The notes beneath the pieces are model-generated. The model saw nothing but the letters and a program-made list of their open reading frames with translations. It had not been told where the DNA came from and searched no databases. Below are positions 34,731 to 45,457 of a stretch of DNA of 64,000 bases, piece by piece; position 1 is the first letter of the stretch; each line of letters starts with the position of its first letter. The DNA comes from an uncultured Thermoleophilia bacterium (GTDB taxonomy: Bacteria; Actinomycetota; Thermoleophilia; Gaiellales; Gaiellaceae). The stretch is taken from the NCBI GenBank assembly GCA_963762715.1, contig CAVXLT010000005.1, forward strand, positions 148,020-212,019. Direction: 5' to 3'. A program made the translations under genes and the position numbers.

Positions 34731-35543
34731 GTGTCGCGGCTCGATGCGAAAGCGCGCGCGAAGCTCCCCGACAGCGCCTTCGCCTACGTCGACTCGCAGG
34801 GCAAGCGGCGGCTGCCGATCAACGACGCGTCCCACGTGCGAAACGCGCTCGCCCGCTTCAACCAGGTGCTCTTCGAGGACGAGGCAGCCCGCGACCAGGC
34901 ACGCCTCCGCCTGCTCCGGGCTGCCCGCAGGCACGGTGTCGTCCCGATCGGCTTCATCAGCGCCCAGCTGCAGCCGCAGCGGCGGCTCCCGAAGGGCCAC
35001 GTCACCTTCCTGCTGACGGACATCGAGGGGTCGACCACCCTGCTCGCGCAGCTCGACGACGGGTACGCGCGGCTGACGACGTCGGTTCGCCGGATCGTGC
35101 GGGCCGCGCTTCGCCGCCACGGCGGGCACGAGGTGGACGCGCGCGGCGACGAGTTCTTCGCCGCCTTCGAGCGAGCGCCGGGAGCGCTCGAGGCTGCGCT
35201 CGCGGTTCAGCGCGCCCTGCGGGCGGAGCGCTGGCCGAAGGGCGTCGAGGTGCGGATGCGGATGGGCATCCACAGCGGCCGCCCCACGCTCACCGAGACC
35301 GGCTACGTGGGCCTCGCCGTCCATGCGGCCGCACGGATCTGTTACTGCGCCCACGGCGGGCAGATCGTCGTCTCGTCGACGGCCCGCGCGGCGATGTTCG
35401 AAGCGCTCGCCGACGGGGTGACGCTGCGCGACCTCGGCTCCTGGCGCTTCAAGGGCCTGCGCGACCCGGAGACGCTGTTCCAGGTCGAGAGCCACGACCT
35501 GCTCGCGAAGTTCCCGCCGCTCCGCGCCGTCGAGCCTGCTTAG
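34731..35543 (+). CDS. class III adenylate/guanylate cyclase with an N-terminal about 90-aa domain of unknown function
   Basis: Cyclase core VTFLLTDIEGSTTLL...EVDARGDEFFAAF...MGIHSG...GYVGLAVHAAARI. N-terminus KLPDSAFAYVDSQGKRRLPINDASHVRNALARFNQ. Confidence 0.85.
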   Translation: MSRLDAKARAKLPDSAFAYVDSQGKRRLPINDASHVRNALARFNQVLFEDEAARDQARLRLLRAARRHGVVPIGFISAQLQPQRRLPKGHVTFLLTDIEGSTTLLAQLDDGYARLTTSVRRIVRAALRRHGGHEVDARGDEFFAAFERAPGALEAALAVQRALRAERWPKGVEVRMRMGIHSGRPTLTETGYVGLAVHAAARICYCAHGGQIVVSSTARAAMFEALADGVTLRDLGSWRFKGLRDPETLFQVESHDLLAKFPPLRAVEPA

Positions 35544-36736
35544 GCGCGTCCCGGCTGGGCGACACCGGGCGGCGAGCCCAGCGTCGGCGCCGCGGCCGCC
35601 GGACGGGGCAGGCGCAGCGAGAAGACGACGCCCAGCACGGGCGCGACCGCGCTGATCGTGAGGGCGGTCTTCAGGTCGACGGCGTCGGCGACGGCGCCGA
35701 GGACGACCGCGGCGACCCCGCCGATTCCCATCGCGAGACCCACCGAGATGCCGGAGGCCATGCCGATGTGCTGCGGCAGGTAGAGCTGGCTCAGCACCAT
35801 CGTGACGCCGAACGTGCCCACCACGCAGACGCCGACGAGCATCAGGCCGACCACGCCGGCGGCGCCGCCGAGGTAGATGAAGGTGAGCATCAGCGGCGGG
35901 ATCGCGGCCTGCGTGACGACGAGCGTGCGCCGCAGGCCGACGCGGTCGGCGACAGGGCCGAGCAGCAGCGTTCCCGCGGCGCCGGAGATCAGCATCAGGA
36001 AGAGCAGCGTGCTGCCGTATGCCTTCGAGTGGCCGAGCGAGACGACCCACAGCGGTACGAACGCGAGCAGCGTGAACCAGGAGACGCTGCGCAGCGCAAT
36101 CACCGCCCCGAGCAGCGCCATCGCGCCGCGGTCGTCGGTGCCGCGCCGGAAGGAGGTGTCGCCGCGCGCCGGTGACAGCTGCTTCAGGTACGGCGCAACG
36201 CGCGCCAACCCGAGCGCCGCCGCCAGCACCGGCACCATCGCGAGCAGGCCGCCGACGAGCCCGAGCCACACGACGAGCTGGCCTGTCACGAGCGCGCCCA
36301 GGGCGTAGCCCGTGTTGCCGCCGATGTTGAAGTACGACATGCCGCTCGCCCGCTTGCGGCCGCTCGCGTACGTCGCGAACTTCGCGCCCTCGGGATGGAA
36401 GGCGGCGACGCCGAGGCCTCCCGCCAGCACCAGCACGAGCACGACCGGGTAAAGCGGCGAGACGGCCGCCCCGCCGATGCCGACCGCGGCCAGCAGGGTG
36501 CCGCCGGGGATCAGCCACAGCGCGCCGCGGCGGTCCGACCAGAGCCCGAAGAGCGGCTGGACGAGCGACGAGGAGGCGGTCGCGGCGAGCAGCAGCATCG
36601 CCGCGAGGGCGTAGCCCAGGTGGAAGCGGTCGGTGAGGAACGGGATCAGCGCCGGCACGCTGCCCGAGGCGAAGTCGACGGCGAGGTGCCCGCCGGAAAG
36701 CGCGGCCATCGCGCGCCGGTCGATCCGCTCCCTCAT
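35540..36736 (-). CDS. MFS transporter
   Basis: 398 aa, about 12 hydrophobic segments. LWSDRRG-type loop motif. Confidence 0.85.
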   Translation of the reverse strand: MRERIDRRAMAALSGGHLAVDFASGSVPALIPFLTDRFHLGYALAAMLLLAATASSSLVQPLFGLWSDRRGALWLIPGGTLLAAVGIGGAAVSPLYPVVLVLVLAGGLGVAAFHPEGAKFATYASGRKRASGMSYFNIGGNTGYALGALVTGQLVVWLGLVGGLLAMVPVLAAALGLARVAPYLKQLSPARGDTSFRRGTDDRGAMALLGAVIALRSVSWFTLLAFVPLWVVSLGHSKAYGSTLLFLMLISGAAGTLLLGPVADRVGLRRTLVVTQAAIPPLMLTFIYLGGAAGVVGLMLVGVCVVGTFGVTMVLSQLYLPQHIGMASGISVGLAMGIGGVAAVVLGAVADAVDLKTALTISAVAPVLGVVFSLRLPRPAAAAPTLGSPPGVAQPGRA

Positions 36737-36770
36737 CGCGCCGCCACGGCTTCGATGCTAGCGACCAGGC

Positions 36771-36950
36771 GGTGTCAGGCCACTACGACACGAGCCGCGC
36801 GCCAGGCCGAACTGGTGTCAGACACCTTTAGGTGTCAGACACCATTACGAGCACGAGCCGCGCCGCGGGCCGAACCGGTGTCAGACACCTTTAGGTGTCA
36901 GACACCATTGCGACACGAGGCGCGCGCCGGCCCGAACCGCATCAGACACC
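36771..36950. repeat. family-A repeat array (second locus, opposite orientation)
   Basis: GGTGTCAGACACC starts at 36814, 36831, 36877 and 36894 (pairs separated by ttta, 63-bp period). Degenerate copies at 36771 and 36938. Each pair is preceded by ggccgaac(t/c). Confidence 0.85.
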
Positions 36951-36955
36951 ACCGC

Positions 36956-37483
36956 TCACAGGCTGTACTCCCAGCCCGGTTGCCAGAGAAACGGCGTCGC
37001 GGCCAGCTGCTCGAGCGTCGCGCCGGCGCGCTGTTCGAGCGCCCAATGGGTCGCGATGTGCCCGATCAGGACGACGCGGCCTGCCTCCTCGGCAACGAGC
37101 TCGTCGAGCAACCCGCCGACGCGCGCGACCGCCGCCCGCCAGCTCTCGCCGCCCGGCCAGGGGTCGTCGATGTGGCCGTTCCGCTCGGCTTCGAGCTGCT
37201 CTCGCGGCATCCCGTCCAGCGAGCCGTAGTTGCACTCGCGCAGCCGCCAGTCGAGCAGCACGGGGATCTCCGTCTCCTCGAAGGCGATCCGCGCCGTCTC
37301 GACCGCCCGCGCCAGGTCGGAGGTGATCACGAGCTCGACGCCGTCGTCGCGCCTGCGGCGGCCCAGCTCCTCGGCCTGCGCGCGCCCCGTCTCCGACAGG
37401 TGGCTGCCGCGCCAGCCGCTCGCGACCCCGCGCTCGTTGTCCTCGCTCGTCGAGTGGGTCTCGAAGACGACGCGGACGCTCAC
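36956..37483 (-). CDS. histidine phosphatase family protein
   Basis: VVFETHSTSEDNERGVASGW (RHG-like motif variant), ...VITSDLARAVETA..., IGHIATHWAL. Confidence 0.75.
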   Translation of the reverse strand: MSVRVVFETHSTSEDNERGVASGWRGSHLSETGRAQAEELGRRRRDDGVELVITSDLARAVETARIAFEETEIPVLLDWRLRECNYGSLDGMPREQLEAERNGHIDDPWPGGESWRAAVARVGGLLDELVAEEAGRVVLIGHIATHWALEQRAGATLEQLAATPFLWQPGWEYSL

Positions 37484-37839
37484 CGACGCGAGCCGACGTA
37501 CACGCGGATGCCGTTCGGGTCGAGGACGGCGCCCATCCGCTCGCCCCACTCCTGCTCGCCCGGCTCGAGCACGATCGTCGCACCGGCCGCTCGCAGCCGC
37601 TCGATCTCCCCGTCGACGTCGTCGGCGTACAGCCAGAGGTCGACGCGGCCTGCTTCCTCCTCGTCCTCGGTGCGGACAAGACCGAGCGAGAGGCCGCCGA
37701 GGCCGACGACGAGGAAGGCGGGCGTCCCCTCCTCGGGGAAGCGGTAACCGCGCTCGAACCCGAGCCGGTCGCAGTAGAACAACGCGGTGCCCTCGACGTC
37801 GAGCGTGTGCACCAGGGGAAACGGGTCGGCGATCGCCAC
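37480..37839 (-). CDS. VOC/glyoxalase-family protein
   Basis: 119 aa. FYCDRLGFERGYRFP...GATIVLEPGEQEWGERMGAVLDPNGIRV. Confidence 0.8.
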   Translation of the reverse strand: MAIADPFPLVHTLDVEGTALFYCDRLGFERGYRFPEEGTPAFLVVGLGGLSLGLVRTEDEEEAGRVDLWLYADDVDGEIERLRAAGATIVLEPGEQEWGERMGAVLDPNGIRVYVGSRR

Positions 37840-37916
37840 AACCTGAACCTTGCCCGAAATGAGAGCCGCGTGAAAGTGACGATGCGGCCGGGGCCTGTGG
37901 CCCCCACAATGCCGCC

Positions 37917-38594
37917 ATGAGAATCTTGATCGTCGAGGACGAGCCGAAGATGGCCGCGCTCGTCGCCCGCGCGCTGCGCGAGGAGGGTCATGCGGCCGAC
38001 ATCGCCGGCCGGGGCGAGGACGCCCTTTGGATGGCTGAGTCCGCCCCGTACGACGCGATCGTGCTCGACATCATGCTGCCCGGCATCGACGGAGTCGAGG
38101 TGCTGCGGAAGCTCCGCGAACGGCGCGTCTGGACGCCGGTGCTGATGCTGACCGCACGGGACGCCGTCGGCGACCGGGTGGGCGGCCTCGACGCCGGCGC
38201 CGACGACTACCTGACGAAGCCGTTCTCGTTCGAGGAGCTGCTCGCCCGCCTCCGGGCCGTCGTGCGCCGCGGCCCCGTCGAGCGGCCGACGACGCTGGAG
38301 GCAGGCGACCTGCGCCTCGACCCGGCGAGCCATCGCGCCTGGCGCGGCGAGGCCGAGCTCGAGCTCTCGCAACGCGAGTTCGCCCTGCTCGAGCTGTTCA
38401 TGCGCAACCCGGGCAAGACCCTCACCCGCGTGCAGCTGCTCGACGGCGCCTGGGACATGTCGTTCGAAAGCCGCTCGAACGTCGTCGACGTCTACATGCG
38501 CTACCTGCGGGAGAAGATCGACCGGCCGTTCGGACGCCGCTCGATCGAGACCGTGCGCGGCGTCGGCTACCGGCTGCGCGAGGACGGCGCGTGA
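37917..38594 (+). CDS. OmpR-family response regulator
   Basis: MRILIVEDEP...VLDIMLPGIDG...DDYLTKPF plus a winged-helix C-terminus (RVQLLDGAW...VDVYMRYLREKI...IETVRGVGYRL). Confidence 0.92.
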   Translation: MRILIVEDEPKMAALVARALREEGHAADIAGRGEDALWMAESAPYDAIVLDIMLPGIDGVEVLRKLRERRVWTPVLMLTARDAVGDRVGGLDAGADDYLTKPFSFEELLARLRAVVRRGPVERPTTLEAGDLRLDPASHRAWRGEAELELSQREFALLELFMRNPGKTLTRVQLLDGAWDMSFESRSNVVDVYMRYLREKIDRPFGRRSIETVRGVGYRLREDGA

Positions 38595-39931
38595 GCCGGC
38601 TCCCGATCCGCGTCCGGCTCACCCTCCCGTTCGCGGTCGCGATGGCGCTGGTGCTCGCCGCGATGGGCTTCTTCATCTACCACCGGGTCGGCGGCCAGCT
38701 GCTCACCTCGGTCGACTCCAACCTGCGCGGGCAACTCGAGGAGACGAAGCGGAGCGCCGCGGCCGGGCGTCCGCTCGTCGACCCCGACGCGAGCGAAGGA
38801 CCGGTCGTCGCCGCCGTCGAGCACCCGGACGGCACGATGTACGTGGGGACTCCGGCGACGCTCGCGCCGATCCCGCTTCACGACGGCGGCACCGGCAGCG
38901 CGCTCTTCACGACGCACCTGACGGGCTTGCAGGGCGACTGGCGGGTGCTCCAGGAACCCGGCGTGGTCGACGGTCACGACGTCGTCGTGCTGGTCGCGCG
39001 GTCGCTCGCCGCGCGCCACGAGACGCTCGACCATCTCGGCCGCGAGTTCCTGCTCGCCGCGCCGGCGGCGCTGCTGCTCGCGATCCTCGCCGGCTACGGG
39101 CTCGCGGCCGCAGCGCTCCACCCCGTCGAGGCGATGCGCCGCCGCGCCGAGGCGGTGACGCTCACCGAGCCGGGTCGCCGCCTGCCCGTGCCGCCGGCCC
39201 GCGACGAGGTGCACGCGCTCGCGGTGACGCTCAACGACATGCTCGCCCGCATCGAGGCTGCGTTCGAGCACGAGCGGCGCTTCCTGAGCGACGCCAGCCA
39301 CGAGCTCCGCACGCCGCTCGCGCTGCTGCGCGCCGAGCTCGAGCTCGCGCTGCGGCGCCCGCGGAGCCATGCCGAGCTGGAGTCCGCGCTGCGGTCGGCC
39401 GCCGAGGAGACCGAGCGCCTCACCCGCCTTGCCGAGGATCTGCTGCTGCTCGCCCGCTCCGAGCAGGGCCGCCTGCCGATCCGACCCGAACGGCTCGAGG
39501 CGCACGACGTGCTCGAACGGGTGCGCGACCGCTTCACCCCGCGCGCGACCGAGCTGCGGCGGGCGGTGCACGTCGAGGCGGGCGAGCCGGTGCGGCTGGA
39601 CGCCGACGCGATGCGCGTGGAGCAGGCGCTCGCGAATCTCGTCACGAACGCCTTCGAGTACGGCGACGGGGCGGTCGAGTTGCGTGCCCAGGTCGAGAAC
39701 GGGAACGTCGAGCTGCACGTGCTCGACGAGGGCTCGGGCTTCCCGCAGCCGTTCATCGAGCGCGCCTTCGACCGGTTCAGCCGGGCCGACGACGCCCGCG
39801 GGTCGGGAGGGACGGGTCTGGGGCTCGCGATCGTCGACCTGATCGCGCGCGCGCACGGCGGCGAGGCCCACGTCGCGAATCGTCCGGAAGGCGGCTCGGA
39901 CGCGTGGATCTCGCTGCCGCGACAGCCGTGA
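38591..39931 (+). CDS. sensor histidine kinase
   Basis: 4-nt overlap with the RR gene. H-box SHELRTPLALL, N-box LANLVTNAFEYG, G-boxes DEGSGF and GTGLGLAIV. Two TM segments. Confidence 0.9.
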   Translation: MSRLPIRVRLTLPFAVAMALVLAAMGFFIYHRVGGQLLTSVDSNLRGQLEETKRSAAAGRPLVDPDASEGPVVAAVEHPDGTMYVGTPATLAPIPLHDGGTGSALFTTHLTGLQGDWRVLQEPGVVDGHDVVVLVARSLAARHETLDHLGREFLLAAPAALLLAILAGYGLAAAALHPVEAMRRRAEAVTLTEPGRRLPVPPARDEVHALAVTLNDMLARIEAAFEHERRFLSDASHELRTPLALLRAELELALRRPRSHAELESALRSAAEETERLTRLAEDLLLLARSEQGRLPIRPERLEAHDVLERVRDRFTPRATELRRAVHVEAGEPVRLDADAMRVEQALANLVTNAFEYGDGAVELRAQVENGNVELHVLDEGSGFPQPFIERAFDRFSRADDARGSGGTGLGLAIVDLIARAHGGEAHVANRPEGGSDAWISLPRQP

Positions 39932-39973
39932 CCCGTTCTTAGGTCGCTCCCAGCGCCCGCTCATTGGCGTCTC

Positions 39974-40344
39974 ATGCGCTCCGGGCACGCTCGAACCATG
40001 AGATCCGACGTTCAGCGAGCCGTCGCCGCGCGCAACGCGGCCTTCTCGCGCGTCCGCCTCGCGACCGGAATCACGGTTGGGGTCGGCGCCGCGCTCACCG
40101 CCGCGTTCAGCGCGCTCGCCGCCGGCTCGACCCACCTCAAGAAGACGGTCGCCACGAAGGCTACGACGACCACGACGACCGCCGCCACGAAGCCGAAGGC
40201 CGCACCGCCCGTCACGGCGCCGGCGCCGCCGCTCGTCTCCGTGCAGAGCGACAACCCCTCCCCCACGGCGCCGCCGGCTCAGGCTCCTGCCTCACCGACG
40301 CCGGCGGCGCCGGCCTCCCCGCCGGTGGTCGTCTCGGGCGGATC

Positions 40345-40348
<4 letters not shown>
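39974..40348 (+). CDS. small membrane-anchored low-complexity (Thr/Pro/Ala) protein ending in SGGS
   Basis: Basic N-terminus, TM GITVGVGAALTAAFSALAAG, then a T/P/A-rich tail. Stop overlaps the GTG start of ApbE (GTGA). Counterpart of 30712..31011. Confidence 0.6.
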
Positions 40349-41269
<921 letters not shown>

Positions 41270-41273
<4 letters not shown>

Positions 41274-42361
41274 CGAAGACCGCGCTCTGGTACCTCACGC
41301 GCGGCAGCGGTGTCGTTGCGCTCGTGCTCCTCACCGCCGCGGTGGTGCTGGGGATCCTCGCCTCGCTGCGCGTACGCGGGGAGCGCTGGCCGCGGTTCGC
41401 GGTCGGCTCGCTGCACCGCAACCTGACGCTGCTCTCGATCGTCTTCGTCGTGCTGCACGTCGTCACGACGGTCGCCGACGGCTACGCGCCGATCGGCCTG
41501 AAGGACGCGATCGTCCCCTTCGCCTCCCCCTACCGGCCGATCTGGCTCGGCCTCGGTGCGGTGGCCTTCGACCTGCTGCTCGCGCTCGTCGTCACGAGCT
41601 ACCTCCGCCACCGGATCGGCGCCGGCATGTGGCGGGGGATCCACTGGCTCGCCTACGTCTCGTGGCCCGTCGCGCTCGTGCACGCGCTCGGCACCGGCAG
41701 CGACGCGCGCACCGGCTGGCTCTTCGCCCTCGGCGCCGCGTCGCTACTCGCCGTCGTGCTCTCCGTGCTCGCCCGGATCGCGGTCGGCGGCGGCGTACCC
41801 GCCGTTCGCTTCAGTGGCGCCGCCGCCGCGGTGCTCGTGCCGATCCTGGTGTTCGTCTGGTACCAGGGCGGCCCCGCGCAGCATGGCTGGGCCTCGCGTG
41901 CCGGGACGCCGACTCGGCTGATCGCCTCCAAGCGGACCGCGGCCCGTCCGGCGACTCCGGCGCCCGGCGTGCTCACGAGCGCGCAGTCGCCGCCGGCGTC
42001 ATTCAGCTCGTACGCACGCGGCACGATCACCCAGACCTCCGGCTCCGGCGACACGGTCAAGGTGATCGTGAAGCTACGGCTGTCGGCCGCACCGCACGGG
42101 GAGCTCCGCATCGACCTCCAGGGCTTCCCGAGCGACGGCGGCGTGTCGATGAACGCGAGCGGCGTCTCCTTCGTGCCCGCGACGACACGGGCGGTCTACT
42201 ACGGCAGCGTCACCGGCCTGCAGGGGAACCAGGTCGCCGCGACGGTCAAGGACGCGAACGGCGACCAGCTCGACCTGAATGTGAACCTGTCGATCGACAA
42301 CCGGGCAGGTACCGCCTCGGGCATCGTCGATGCAAGCTCGTCGTCCGGCGGCTCCGGATGA
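41270..42361 (+). CDS. ferric-reductase-like (MsrQ-type) transmembrane protein with a C-terminal beta-rich domain
   Basis: Intact, 363 aa. WYLTRGSGVVALVLLT...RWPRFAVGSLHRNLTLLSIVFVVLHV...IHWLAYVSWPVALVHAL (His pairs for heme b), then about 130 aa of GELRIDLQGFPSDGG... Confidence 0.8.
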
Positions 42362-43561
42362 CCGCCACGGCGGAACAGCGCCGTGTGCGCCCGCCCGAGG
42401 GGTCGGCGCGGCTCCTGGCGGGCGTCGGCCATCCCCCCACGCTCGCCCGCCATCTGGCGCTCTTCGGGCCGCCCCGGCAGCGTGCCGACCTGATCGAGAC
42501 GGTCGAGGCCGCCGCGCTGCACGGCCGCGGCGGCGCCGCGTTCCCGACCGCGACCAAGCTTGCCGTGCTCGCAGCCGGGCGCGGGCGGCCCGTGGTCGTC
42601 GCCAACGGAGCCGAGGGCGAGCCGGCCTCGAAGAAGGATCGCTCGCTGCTCCGGGTGGCACCCCACCTCGTGCTCGACGGCGCCGCGCTCGCCGCCCGGG
42701 CGATCGGCGCGCGCGACGTGGTCGTGGGCGATCTCCCGCCCCGCGCCCGAGCTCGAGGCCGCCGTGCGCGAACGGGAGAGCCGCAATCTCGACACGGTCC
42801 GATTCGAGGTCCGCGACGGTGCCCGACCGGTTCGTCGCCGGCGAGGAGACGGCGCTTCTGCAGGCGCTGGACGGCGGCCCGGCCAAGCCGACGCTGAAGC
42901 CCCCCTACCCTTTCGAGCGCGGTCTCGGCGGCGCGCGCACGCTGGTGCAGAACGTCGAGACGTTCGCGCACGTCGCGCTGATCGACCGGTTCGGCGCGGA
43001 GTGGTTCGGCGACCGGGACGGCGCTGCTCACGCTCGGCGGCTCGGTCGCGCAGCCGGGTGTGCACGAGGTGCCGATCGGCGGCACGCTGGAGCGGACGCT
43101 CGCCGCTTGCGGCGGCACGGAAGGCCCGGTCGCGGCGTATCTCGTCGGCGGCTACTTCGGGCGCTGGTACTCCGCGGCAGACGCGGCGCAGCTGCAGCTG
43201 ACCCCGCAGACGCTGGGCGCCGGGCGCGATCGTGGCGCTGCCGGCCTCCACCTGCGCCGCGGCCGAGTGCGCGCGTGTCGTGCGCTACCTGGCGGGCGAG
43301 AGCGCCGGCCAGTGCGGTCCGTGCGTGCACGGCCTGGCGGCGATCGCGGATGCGATGTCGTTCGACCGGCGCGGCGACCGCCGTGACGAGCTGCTCCGTC
43401 TCTCCGCGCTCGTCGACGGGCGCGGCGCCTGCCGGCATCCCGACGGCGTCGCGCGCTTCGTCCGCAGCGCGCTGGAGGTGTTCGCCGACGAGTTCGCCCG
43501 GCACGCGTCGCATCGCGGCTGCGGCCGGAGCATGCGGGCGATCCTGCCGGTGCCGCGATGA
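42358..43561 (+). pseudogene. NuoF-like protein (SLBB plus 4Fe-4S binding region), about 4 apparent frameshifts (~42725, ~42815, ~43020, ~43218)
   Basis: LHGRGGAAFPTATKL, VVVANGAEGEPASKKD, FVAGEETALLQALDG, LVQNVETFAHV and ESAGQCGPCVHG, spread over four frames. ATGA overlaps at both ends. Confidence 0.75.
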
Positions 43562-43779
43562 AGGAGCCGACGACGATTCGCGTCGACCCGATCGCCTGCG
43601 ACGGCCACGGTCTCTGCGCGGAGCTCTTTCCCGAGCGCATCGAGCTCGACGACTGGGGCTTTCCGGTGATCGACCCGACGCCGATCCCTCGCACGCTCGA
43701 CGAGCACGCCCGCCGCGCGGTCGCCGAGTGCCCGAAGCATGCGTTGCGGCTGGCGGCCGCCTCGCGCGTGCGCTCCTAG
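43558..43779 (+). CDS. small ferredoxin
   Basis: 73 aa. CDGHGLC...ECP cluster-binding pattern. Confidence 0.8.
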   Translation: MKEPTTIRVDPIACDGHGLCAELFPERIELDDWGFPVIDPTPIPRTLDEHARRAVAECPKHALRLAAASRVRS

Positions 43780-43827
43780 CCGGCTTCCGCCGGAGGCGCA
43801 GCTTGCCTCCGCCGGCGCCACGCGCCA

Positions 43828-44049
43828 TTGTCGCAACGGTGGCGCGTGCCGCTCAGATCCGCCGAACGCTGCGCGGGGCTGCTCCGCGAGGTGCCGCGCA
43901 CCGCGACCGTCACGACCACGACGCACTGCACGCTACTGACACTCGACAAGGAGTCGTTCCTGACCGCCGTGACGGGGAACGCAGCGGTGCACGAGTCGGT
44001 CACCGGCATCGCCGGCGCGCGGCTCGCGGGAGCCTCGGCGGGCGCGTGA
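43828..44049 (+). pseudogene. C-terminal remnant of a cyclic-nucleotide-binding domain
   Basis: GLLREVPRTATVTTTTHCTLLTLDKESFLTAVTGN matches the end of cNMP-binding domains (PRTATV...LL.LD...F). No N-terminal half is present. Confidence 0.35.
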
Positions 44050-44161
44050 GCCGGCCCTCCGCGAGGATGGCCGGGCGCCCCTGAGGATTCGCCACGCACG
44101 CACCCGGGCGCGCACGAACGCAGCCGGCCCAGCCGCGGTCCCAGAGCCGCATCGAGCTGCA

Positions 44162-44581
44162 AGTAACAGACTGTTACAAGCAACGTGTCCGCCCCACGGA
44201 AAGCCGCCCGTCGAAGCCGGACCTTTCGGCGAGCGGCCGGCGGCAGTCCGCCCCCTCCCTAGTAACAGACTGTTACAAGCAAGGGTCCGACTCACGGAAT
44301 GCCGCCGCCGGAGCCGAATCCCCTCGACGAGCGCCCGGCGACAGTCCGCACCCCTGGCTAGTAACAGACTGTTACAAGCAAGGGGTCCGACCCACGGAAT
44401 GCCGCCGCCGGAGCCGAATCCCCTCGACGAGCGCCCGGCGACAGTCCGCACCCCTGGCTAGTAACAGACTGTTACAAGCAAGGGGTTCGGCTCACGGAAT
44501 GCCGCTGCCGGAGCCGGACGACCCTTCGGCGGCCGGCAGGTGACAGTCCGGACCCCGGGCTTGTAACAGTCTGTTACTAGC
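44162..44581. repeat. family-C tandem array: 4 direct heads and 1 inverted tail of (CTA)GTAACAGACTGTTACAAGC, about 99-100-bp period
   Basis: Heads start at 44162, 44261, 44360 and 44460. The inverted copy GCTTGTAACAGTCTGTTACTAGC is at 44559-44581. Units 2 and 3 are near-identical over the whole unit. Confidence 0.88.
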
Positions 44582-44715
44582 TTGGCTCGGGGGTCGCCGG
44601 CGCTGAGTTTCGAACTCCCCCGCTCCGGAACGGCGGCGGCGCACGGGCGGCGCGATCGAGGAGCCGCGTCGTGCGGGTCGCGATGCTCGCACCGACAGTG
44701 CCTCCCTCCCCCGCG

Positions 44716-45449
44716 TCAGACGGCCGCGGCCGCGTAGGCGGCGCCGAAGGCGAACGCGAGCACCGCGAACGCCGGCAGCGCGCGGCCGAGGCCGCGCTCG
44801 ACGCGGGGCAGGCCGAGGGCCAGGCCGAGCCCGGCCGAGACGACGGCCATCGAAAGCGCCGTCGCGACGGCGAAGACGAGCAGGGCACCGGTTGCGACGA
44901 GACGGTCGCCGATCCCTGCGAGCAGGAGCAGCGCGATTCCGGCCGAGCCGCCGACGCCGTGGACGAGCCCGATCCCGAAGGCGGTCGCCGGCGAGCGGAC
45001 GGCGTGGGAATGCGCGTGGTCGTCCTCCTCGGGATGCGGGTGCAGGTGACGGTGCACCACCGGCCCTGCTCGTGCTCATGCTCGTGCTCGTGGGCGTGGA
45101 ACGCGCCGGCCTGCCACCGCCGGTAGAGGCGCACGGCGAGCAGCATGATCATCGCGCCGACGAGGCCCTCCGCGGCCCGCCGGTAGCCGTCGGCCAGCAC
45201 GGCCGCCACGAGCACGAACGGCAGCCCGAGCACGAGCAGCGACGTGGCGTGCCCGGCACCCCAGGCGAGCCCCAGGGTGCCCGCGGTGCGCGCACGCCGG
45301 TCGCGCTCCGTGGCGACGACGGTGGAGACGGCGACGAGGTGATCCGGGTCGGTCGCGTGCCGGAGGCCGAGCAGCACGGCGACCGCCAGCACGACCATGG
45401 GGCTGCCCCCGCGGCCGAGCCCGGAGATCAGCTCGTCGAGACCGAACAC
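44716..45449 (-). pseudogene. nickel/cobalt transporter (NiCoT/NicO-like), apparent frameshift ~45062
   Basis: LGLRHATDPDHLVAVS signature and a His-rich loop HAHEHEHEHEQG. The C-terminal half (HPHPEEDDHAHSH...GLVHGVGGSAG) is in another frame. Confidence 0.7.
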
Positions 45450-45457
45450 TCTGCGGG

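Noticed and set aside
44162-44581. Possible CRISPR array (regularly spaced ~20-bp repeat)
   Set aside because: The inter-repeat segments are themselves near-identical between units (units 2 and 3 differ by only a few bases). The array ends in an inverted copy, and no cas genes are nearby. This is a tandem or MITE-like repeat, not repeats with unique spacers.
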